Assembly (NCBI RefSeq): GCF_000150275.1
Contig: NW_002061070.1
Span: 1-7,509 of the forward strand
Direction: 5' to 3'
DNA length: 7,509 bases
Source of the DNA: Trichoplax adhaerens
Taxonomy: Eukaryota; Animalia; Placozoa
Part shown: positions 1 through 7,509 of the stretch, one piece after another
Numbering within the stretch: the stretch's first letter is position 1
How the letters are laid out: each line of letters begins with the position of its first letter
The notes under the pieces: generated by a model
What the model was told of the DNA's origin: nothing
Seen by the model: the letters and a program-made list of their open reading frames with translations, nothing else
Databases searched by the model: none
Program-made: the position numbers and the translations under genes

Positions 1-13
1 AGTATTAGACTGT

Positions 14-49
14 GAGAGACTAACTAGAAGACTAACTGAGAGGCTAACG
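14..49 (+). repeat. Imperfect tandem repeat, 3 x 12 bp (gagagactaact / agaagactaact / gagaggctaacg)
   Basis: Seen directly; the core agactaact/aggctaacg recurs at 17, 29 and 41. Confidence 0.6.
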
Positions 50-1605
50 AACTCTGAGGTAGAAATCGCCGGTATTTATAGTTTTAAAGATAGAGCACAT
101 GTAGAGAATAGGATTATGGAATTAGATACAACATATACCATAACAGGTTACAAAATAGCAGACGATTGTAGAAAACAGCGAGTACCGTAATAACTAATTA
201 CAGTAGTCTGTATATGAATGTAGAGTAAGCGGACTGTAGATCTGTCTAAATATAAGAGCAATACAACATGTCTATATTTAAGAGTAGAATATAGTTACAG
301 TATTGTAATATCGTTTTCACAGTAATTTTAGTCCACAGAGGAATCCAGTACTATAAAAGCTTTTTATTACAAGATTCTAAAGAATAGTACAGCAATAATT
401 AATTACTCACAAGAATCTAGTCTAAAGTAATCTGAGCTCAATTAGATATCAAATCTTTTTCCCCTCTTTACGCTCAGATTTGTACACCTTATATACTTTT
501 CTCTGAATCTATTTAAGGCAATAACATCGTCTACAATCAGACATGAATCATCACTACATTTTACAGTATTAATCAAACTGCTTACAATATTATTACTTTA
601 CCATTAATGTCCAACACCGTAAGGTATTGGGCATCTTTACAATCTTAGTATTTCAAGTCGTATAACGTCCTGTACCATAATTAGTTAACAGCTATATTAG
701 TGAATAACACTTTCTAATATAGTAGTTACCAGTCACCTAAATCTAGCAGCACAAGAATATCTATTTTTAGAAACTTAACTATTCTAAATATAGTACACAA
801 CACAATCAAATATAGCTATCGCTACAAGCAAATATAGGGTGCATCTCTACAAGTATATTCTAAATACACTACAAAGAATAAATACAAAATTGACATGATG
901 ATATGCGGAAAAGAAATACTCTTCATCATCATCACGGCAATTTCTAAACATAAATTAAAGCATACGATGAAAATCATCCATATAATTATAAGCTAAGGCG
1001 TTATGGATACTATTGGGTATCTAAAGCAGCTTAAAATATTACAATTTCCTGCAAAACGCAAAATTAGCTCTACAATATACTTAATCAATCACGATATCAG
1101 TTTAGAGGTGACGATTTGTTAAAGTCAGTAAATTTTTGTATACAGTAGTAAGTTTCATCTAGAAGTTATTTTCCTTGACCAAAGCAATATATTGTTGATA
1201 ATTGATTGATAATACTTTGATAATTGTAATAACTAAACATTGCTCCCGTTGTAACACTCTTTCTATAGAAAAGGCAGAAGAAAATTAAGTTTTATTTTCT
1301 GTCACTACGTGGTACTAATTATAATTGTTACTAATGTACCATCGTGATCCGATGGTGTTTCTCTAGATAATTTTTAACTGTATCTTGATTTGATAAGGTC
1401 ATAAGTAACATACAGTGCATCTGCCCCAACTACCCTTGCGACACAATAAAACAACACAGTACTTATAATAAGCTTTACGTTAATCCGCAGAACTACTTCT
1501 CTAAACCTACGGTATAGTAACTGGAATCCTTGCTAAGTACTAACTCGTTCAACGCAATATACAATATAAAACTATCACGCAACTTAGCCTTAACCTGAAT
1601 CACTT

Positions 1606-1611
1606 TTTATT
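1606..1611 (-). promoter_or_regulatory. Candidate polyadenylation signal AATAAA for the Jagged-like gene
   Basis: First minus-strand AATAAA I found downstream of the stop (about 750 nt), followed by a GT/T-rich tract. The hexamer is common in AT-rich DNA and ATTAAA variants occur closer to the stop. Confidence 0.25.
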
Positions 1612-2362
1612 GATCACAGTCCTTCTTATATACTCTTTCAGTAGTTATAAACATATTTACTATGCTGCCAACATATTTTAATTACAAACGTGTTATTACG
1701 ATTGAATTATCAAATGCGGATATTCGAGGTAATAAACAATTTCATACGTAAATCTACTTCGACTGTAAGCCGTGTCAAACTCCTGTGTTCTCAATATTTG
1801 TAACATATTACTATATCATCATAATATCATAATAGGTTATTACTAATAATAACAATTCCTAAAGTAGTAGTTCATACTTTTAAAAAGTTCAAAACAAAAT
1901 GTTATCATAAACTACACGTCCATATCTAAGTTATTTTGATGACTGTGACAGCATCATCGTCATTGCTATTTCTGCTAATAGTAATAGAACTAGAATCTGA
2001 ATGATCATCTTCATTGCTCTTATACATCTGAGTTATTTAGTTGTAACTTCACTATTTGATGTGGGATTATCTTGAGCTATTTTTGATGTATCTTGGATAG
2101 AGAATGAATCATTATGAGCTGAAATGGAATGATTAGAATTATTTCACAATATCTTTATAATTAATAAGATAGGTGTTTAATATTCTTAATGATATTTATA
2201 ACAGCTCGGATCTCAGTAGTACTTGGCCAAGATCTATTAGTATCTGCAACAGTTTAATTCTTGATAGAAGAAGAGTCACCATTAGCTTAATTTTGTCTGT
2301 ACATTATTTTCTTCTGGTTATTGCTATTTACAGATTCTTTTCTAATATCAAATACTTATTCA

Positions 2363-3246
2363 TTAATTATCAGCAGAGATATAATGATTTTCTAACGATT
2401 CATTTTCATATATTTCTTGGTCACTATCGTTAGATGGACATTCTTCATACCTAGTAGATGGATCATCATCTGATGGAAGAGGTTCGTAGTCATGTGGCTC
2501 TTCCTCGAGATGATGATTCACATTTTTATCAGCTTCTCTACTCTTATTTATTAACGGCCTATTTGTACTATTGCTTTGAATATCACCCGAGCTAGAGCTG
2601 TGAGCGCCATTGAGGGCAACAATTAAATTATCGTTGCTATCGCTATAGATATAGACGGGATCGTCTTCCCCGTTGTTGATATGTTCAGAGTCCTGATTAC
2701 GAGCAAAGGCAGTTTCCGCTTCATCAGCCAAATCGGGAAATGCCGATGGTCTTGTCACTTGATAATTTTCGTGATTAGATATTTGATTAGTAACAGTATT
2801 GTCGATTGCATTATCGGTTGAATTTTCAGATGGATAGTTAAACTCTAAAGGCATATAATTGCCAGAGTCGCGTCGAATAAATCTTTGGTTATTGATTATG
2901 GTTCCATCAGGATCTTGATATTGCAAATTTGAAGTACCGGTACGAGATTCTGATCGATTTAATAATACATTATCGGTTGATCTCGATGACACTAAGGTTA
3001 TATCATAATCATTTCCAAGTGGCTCATAATAATCACTTCTACGAGTATTACCATTATCCAAATTTAATTGATTACGATAGATATTATCGGTTACGTTAAT
3101 AGGAGGCACGTGTGATTCAATATCTTTCGATTGCCATCGACCAAATAATGACCTACCTTTGCGGTAGGTAAACCAGTAATAGCTAAAACCAAGCAGTAAT
3201 AAAATGCAAATAACGGCAACTATGGGAATAACGATGGTGATTGTAG
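2363..3246 (-). CDS. Exon G (terminal): transmembrane helix and ~266-aa low-complexity, Tyr-motif-rich cytoplasmic tail
   Basis: Strong acceptor TTTCTTTCATTTTCTCACAG|CT at 3247/3246 (phase 1). 293 open codons to TAA 2365-2363, extending the supplied ORF 2363..3109 upstream by 45 codons. Confidence 0.88.
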
Positions 3247-6200
3247 CTGTGAGAAAATGAAAGAAAAAGAAATTTCACTTCCATGCAAAGACGTCTGTGC
3301 ATTAGTGTAATATCGATTGTCTATAATAGAGATTGAGCTTATACGCTCGGACATGGATAAATTAAAGCCTCAGTAGGGAAACTACAGAATTTGTTGCTGT
3401 AGAATTGGTAGTAAAAGAAAACTTAATAAAATATAAGGATGATTATCCATTAATATTTGCTTTCCATAATAAATTTGAGATTAAGTATTACTAATATTAA
3501 AAGCTATACCCGTATATTATAATATCGCGAGTAATCGTCGAGGTCTTTGCCTCAGTAGAAGTATTAAAATGAATTTAAATGAGGTATAGATCTGATTAAG
3601 TGGCCGAATTTACTTTCTTAGATAAATCGAAGTCTTTTCTAAGCCAACATAATAATTATAATGGGAAGAAATAGATTTGCTTTTACTTACAAAAAAGTAA
3701 AGTAACATTAATTCAATATAAAAAAATAAGTATAGTCGTAATCTAGCGCAACTCGTGGAAATTTCGCAGTATACGAGCATGATACACGTAGTGTGCAATA
3801 CGTTAGCAAAAATTTAAGGTTATATTCGTATTTAAATAGTAATGGTTATGGAGATGCTTATTATTTCATCATGTTAATGTACTCGTTTGTATTTAATTTA
3901 CTTATGGTAAAAAGGTAGATTATTTTTAGGCGCAGATAAAAGTTATCCTTGATTATTAAAAGTGATTTGATCGTATTAATATTTCATTATAATTTGTTGA
4001 CATATTCGAGGCTAGTTTGACATAACGTTTAAAATGCATGCCAATACCTGTATTTTGCGTCGACGGTGGTAATGTTGAAAATACCACTCCAAGTTCAACT
4101 AAAGCAGTATTATTCGGGTTTTGGATGTAATTTAATAAAGAATTCATAGCTTCTTGAGCTATCTGAGTATTTTTCTTGCTTTGCTATATTATGAAAGTGA
4201 AAGAATTGAAATTATATTGACTTCATATAACAAAAATAGTTGTTTATGGTACAAGAGTATAAGGCTGAATAATTGTAATGAAATTACATTGAATTCATAT
4301 AGCTAATACAGTTATGCAAGAATAAAAGCTAAAATAAGCCAACGAGATAAATCTATCTTACGGCAACGACTTAATTTAGCGCTACTCGTATATTATTTTG
4401 GAAAAATTAAATTATAATAGGTCGAAAGTTACAATCTATTATTCTTTTAAACTTACCATAGCAAACGTGATAATTGCGAAAGTATTACTTTTAGAGTTGA
4501 CTTTACATTGCAGATATAAATCTTGAGAGATACTATAACTTCTTAATAAGGTAAGATTACGTAGTCGATCACATATACGTTGGATAGTTGCACCCTAAAA
4601 GAGAAATTATGCTAGGTATCGATCATTATTTTTTAGACATATAATGTATAATTTAATGGTAAGAGAAGCTAGACTGAACCTATACCATTTTCAAATTAGT
4701 TATATTCATAAAACGAGCTTCTCGAACACAACCGTCAGGTAACAGGTTATCCATGAAAGTCCTTTGCGAGTATTAGCACATATTGCAACATTACAAGGTG
4801 ACTTTAAACAGTCAAGGGCAGTTATGCTTTCACATAGACCTTGTCCTTGGCCGCACGTTGCATTTGTACAATAAGTTGGTCCACACCACACCTGAAAAAA
4901 AGCATATATGAAATAACCTAGAATAGAGTTGATCATGTCCAATCATAAGAAAAAGATAGAGATCGACGTGAATACCTTAGTACAAGATACAATTCCATTA
5001 TTACATTGGCATCGATTGCATTCGTTATCAAAAGAAACTCCGTGCTTATAGGTCTGGTTAGAAATTGTACAAGATCGATAGACACCTATGCATAAATATA
5101 TACAAATTCAGATATGATGAAAGAAAAATGCTCAGTTGTAATTATAAACACAAGATATAGCCTACTAGTATTGCAATTCATTCCAGTATATTCAGAAGTA
5201 CAAATACATTGATATGCGTTAATGCGATCAACACATGTGCCTTGATTAAGACAAGGATTCGATGCACATTCATTAATTGCAGCTTGACATAAAACTCCTG
5301 TATATCCTGAACTGCAGCGGCAACTGTATGCATTGACTAAGTCACTGCATATAGCGTTATTAAAGCAAGGATTGGAATCACATTCTTGTATATTCGTTTG
5401 GCATAGATTGCCAGTAAAACCAGCAATGCACACACAAGTAAAAGAATTGACATCATCTATACAAGATGAAGCATTGATACATGGAGAAGAAGCACAATCA
5501 TCGATATTGGTTTCGCAAAGGGAGCCAGTAAGTCCAAGCCTGTAATGTATGATTTATATTAGAAGAATAAAATTCAATCGTATTAAAGCAAGTATAATTA
5601 ACAGCTAGATTTGTAAATATATTATTAACCACTAAATTGATTTAATGGTTTTACTTGGATATTTAAAGATAAATTAAAATTAGATTTTAATTAGTTATTA
5701 CGAACTAGAGTAGCTTTAGATCTTATAAATATAATACAAATTGCTGTGTTGCATGGGTATTGTAACACTTTATCAGATTAGCTCTTTACTTCATATTACT
5801 ATTACATTCTCAACATACGTTACTACTGTAATTAGCTGAAATCACTATATTTTTCTATACCATCAATACTAATATCTGAATATCTATTTTTCAATTATTC
5901 TACTGCATATCAGTAGATTAGATTTATTGGCCATATAATGTGTAAAAATTTTGACTTCATTATCGTATAATTAGTTAATTTACTAAATTCTAGTGTACCT
6001 GCAATGACATTGATAGCCGTTAATAAATCGACGCAAGATCCAAAATTTAAGCATGGATTTGAAGAACACTCGTTGATATTACTCAAACAGTTTTTACCCG
6101 TGTAGCCATTAGGACAAGTACAAGTATAATCATTGATTAAATCTGTACAATTTCCTCCATTTTGACATGGCGACTGTGTACAATCATTAATGTTATTTTG

Positions 6201-7509
6201 GCAGTTAGTGCCGTTATAGCCATCTCGACAACGACATTGATAGCCGTTAACTAAATCTTGACATGTTCCACCGTTTTGACATGGATTGCTATCACATTCT
6301 CGATCTTCTTCAAGACATTGTTTGCCATGAAAACCTTGAGTACAATTGCAATGATAGTCGCCTACTAAATCAACACATGTCGCATTATTTCTGCATGGAA
6401 GTGCAAGACAATCGTTAATATCAGTTTCGCAATGAACACCTGTATAGCCATCAGTACAAGAACATTGATAACGATTAATATCATCTTGGCATGTTCCGTG
6501 AACACAAGGCGACGATGCACATTCGTCAATATTACTCTGGCAATGACGACCCGTATAACCAGAAGTGCAGTAGCATGTATAACTACCAGGTGGAGAATTA
6601 ACACATACTACCAAATTAACACATGGTCGAAAACGACATTCATCGATATCATGATTGCATGTTGTACCATCATAGCCAGTAGAGCAAGAACAGTTAAATT
6701 GATTAATTAAGTTATTACATGTCCCGTAAACACAAGGATTACTCGAACATTCATCAATTTCAGTTTGACAGTGATTGCCAGTATAGCCAGGTAGACATTG
6801 ACATTGATATTGATTAATATTGTCGATACATGCTGCATCATGTTGGCACGGATTACTAAAGCATTCGTTAATATCTGTTTGACATTGCTGTCCAGTATAA
6901 CCAGCCGGACATTGGCAAGTATATCGATTAATTCCATCTATACAGACTCCGTTATTTTGACATGGTACATTGACGCAATCGTCGATGTTAATTTGACAAT
7001 CTTGACCTGTAAATCCGAGTAAACATTGACAAGAATAGTCGATGGCTTGATCATGGCATTGTCCGCCATTTTGGCATGGATTAAGTGTGCAATTGTCTAA
7101 ACACGATTTACCTAATACATCTTCCGGACATGTACATGTATAGTCATTGACTAAGTCGGTACAATTTCCATCATGGCATGGATTGGGATCGCAATTATCG
7201 ATATCAGTTTGGCAATGTATACCTGTAAAGCCTTGAATACAACTGCATTGATAGCGATTAATTTGATTAATACATGTGGCGTTATTATAACATGGGTTAC
7301 TTTGACATTCATCGATTTCAGTCTGACATAATCGACCAGTATATCCAGGATTGCATCGACAGTGATAACCGTTAATGTTATCTAAACAAGATCCAAAGTA
7401 GCAAGGATTACTAGAACATTCATCGATATTAGTTTGGCACATTGTATCAGTATATCCAGGTAAGCATTGACATTGAAATTGATTAATTTGATCATAGCAG
7501 CTGCCATTA
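2363..7509 (-). CDS. JAG-like: Jagged/Serrate-like type I membrane protein (EGF array - VWC - Jagged membrane-proximal domain - TM - long cytoplasmic tail); 5'-partial, 7 exons, with two apparent 1-nt frameshifts
   Basis: Manual splicing gives six GT-AG introns (5540-5998, 5086-5165, 4892-4975, 4595-4685, 4184-4456, 3247-4047) with compatible phases once two 1-nt deletions are allowed. Motifs CNRCQCNNGIVSCTKVWCGP and GATIQRICDRLRNLTLLRSYSISQDLYLQC resemble human JAG1 [20 protein letters not shown] and [30 protein letters not shown] (recalled from memory, not searched). No DSL domain is visible in the window. Confidence 0.85.
3164..3241 (-). other. Transmembrane segment ITIVIPIVAVICILLLLGFSYYWFTY followed by basic stop-transfer RKGR
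   Basis: Direct translation shows >20 uncharged hydrophobic residues, an aromatic belt and then basic residues, consistent with type I topology. Confidence 0.9.
4048..4183 (-). CDS. Exon F: membrane-proximal domain part 2 and stalk (QSKKNTQIAQEAMNSLLNYIQNPNNTALVELGVVFSTLPPSTQNT)
   Basis: Acceptor after a pyrimidine tract, AATATAG|CAA at 4184/4183; donor CAG|GTATTG at 4048/4047. 136 nt, phase 0 to 1, in frame with the supplied ORF 3956..4147. Confidence 0.82.
4457..4594 (-). CDS. Exon E: Jagged/Serrate membrane-proximal domain part 1 (GATIQRICDRLRNLTLLRSYSISQDLYLQCKVNSKSNTFAIITFAM)
   Basis: Acceptor TTTCTCTTTTAG|GGT at 4595/4594 and consensus donor ATG|GTAAGT at 4457/4456; 138 nt, open, phase 0-0. 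The G.T...IC..LRNL..L...Y..C pattern is typical of Jagged/Serrate. Confidence 0.9.
4686..4891 (-). CDS. Exon D: second half of VWC/Cys-rich region (VWCGPTYC...CLKSPCNVAIC...TC[L]PDGCVREARFMNITNLKM), with an apparent 1-nt deletion
   Basis: Acceptor TTTTTTTCAG|GTG at 4892/4891 and donor ATG|GTATAG at 4686/4685. The 206 nt are one short of the 207 needed for a phase 0-0 exon; the entry frame stops at TGA 4708-4706. Confidence 0.78.
4976..5085 (-). CDS. Exon C: first half of Jagged-type VWC domain (SVYRSCTISNQTYKHGVSFDNECNRCQCNNGIVSCTK)
   Basis: Acceptor GCATAG|GT at 5086/5085 and donor AAG|GTATTC at 4976/4975; 110 nt, phase 1 to 0. CNxCxCxNG..C is the VWC signature. Missed by the ORF track. Confidence 0.9.
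5166..5539 (-). CDS. Exon B: end of EGF13 plus three more EGF repeats (R LGLTGSLC ETNIDDC...YTGMNCNT)
   Basis: Acceptor TTACAG|G at 5540/5539 and donor A|GTAGGC at 5166/5165; 374 nt = 1+372+1. Overlaps the supplied ORF 5086..5433. Confidence 0.92.
5999..7509 (-). CDS. Exon A (5'-truncated): tandem calcium-binding-type EGF repeats (1 partial, 12 complete, and the first part of a 13th)
   Basis: The frame is open from 7508 (NGSCYDQINQFQCQCLPGYTDTMC...), so the ATG at 7442 is internal. Six-Cys repeats follow the pattern xIDECxSxPCxNxxxCxDxxNxYxCxCxxGYTGxxC. Donor AG|GTACAC at 5999/5998, phase 2 after correcting the frameshift at ~6023. Confidence 0.93.

Noticed and set aside
300-736. Possible decayed minus-strand exons (e.g. 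AG|736-602|GT and a following segment from ~531)
   Set aside because: Four stops in 44 codons is about what random DNA of this AT content gives, and no protein family is recognisable.
1302-1347. Imperfect inverted repeat tcactacgtggtac ... gtaccatcgtga
   Set aside because: Short, gapped and with no target-site duplication; insufficient for a MITE or structured RNA call.
2173-2433. Plus-strand 86-aa ORF
   Set aside because: GTG start, antisense to the end of exon G/3' UTR, with the F/I/L/Y-rich composition typical of chance AT-rich ORFs.
3367-3558. Direct 10-mer repeat gcctcagtag at about 3367 and 3549
   Set aside because: Too short, and the intervening sequence shows no terminal inverted repeats; likely chance.
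3610-3798. Minus-strand 62-aa ORF inside the 801-bp last intron
   Set aside because: Non-ATG start, no recognisable motif and no convincing splice sites; exons F and G join in phase without it.
5910-6023. C-terminus of the 510-aa ORF (LTAINVIAGTLEFSK...LIY)
   Set aside because: Product of the frameshift plus read-through into the intron; not a real C-terminus.
6601-6625. Compensating frameshifts converting NFGSC to NLVVC in EGF8
   Set aside because: A single substitution from NLGVC explains the sequence more simply.
5333-7022. ORFs 5333-5545(+), 6365-6604(-), 6432-6710(+), 6707-6937(-) and 6798-7022(+)
   Set aside because: Shadow or alternate-frame ORFs of the EGF exons.
2363-7509. Calling the gene Notch, Crumbs, fibropellin or Delta
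   Set aside because: No LNR/ankyrin (Notch), laminin-G or ERLI tail (Crumbs), or avidin domain (fibropellin) follows the EGFs, and Delta lacks the VWC domain seen here.
5167-7509. CRISPR-like or satellite periodicity of about 111-114 nt
   Set aside because: Fully explained by protein-coding EGF repeats in a spliced eukaryotic gene.

Overview
AT-rich eukaryotic (animal) genomic DNA containing the 3' part of one multi-exon, minus-strand gene for a Jagged/Serrate-like single-pass membrane protein; its 5' end lies beyond base 7509. Seven GT-AG exons can be joined by hand: >7509-5999, 5539-5166, 5085-4976, 4891-4686, 4594-4457, 4183-4048 and 3246-2363. After correcting two apparent 1-nt deletions (~6023 and ~4741) they encode about 1119 aa. 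The domain order is at least 17 Notch-type EGF repeats (16 complete plus 1 partial), a Jagged-type VWC/cysteine-rich domain (CNRCQCNNGIVSCTKVWCGP), the Jagged membrane-proximal domain (GATIQRICDRLRNL), one TM helix, and an unusually long (~266 aa), acidic, Tyr-motif-rich, Lys-poor cytoplasmic tail. The MNNL/DSL domains that would prove it is a Notch ligand are not in the window. Bases 1-~1900 look like 3' UTR/intergenic DNA. The short introns and low GC suggest a compact invertebrate genome, possibly a placozoan (inference only).
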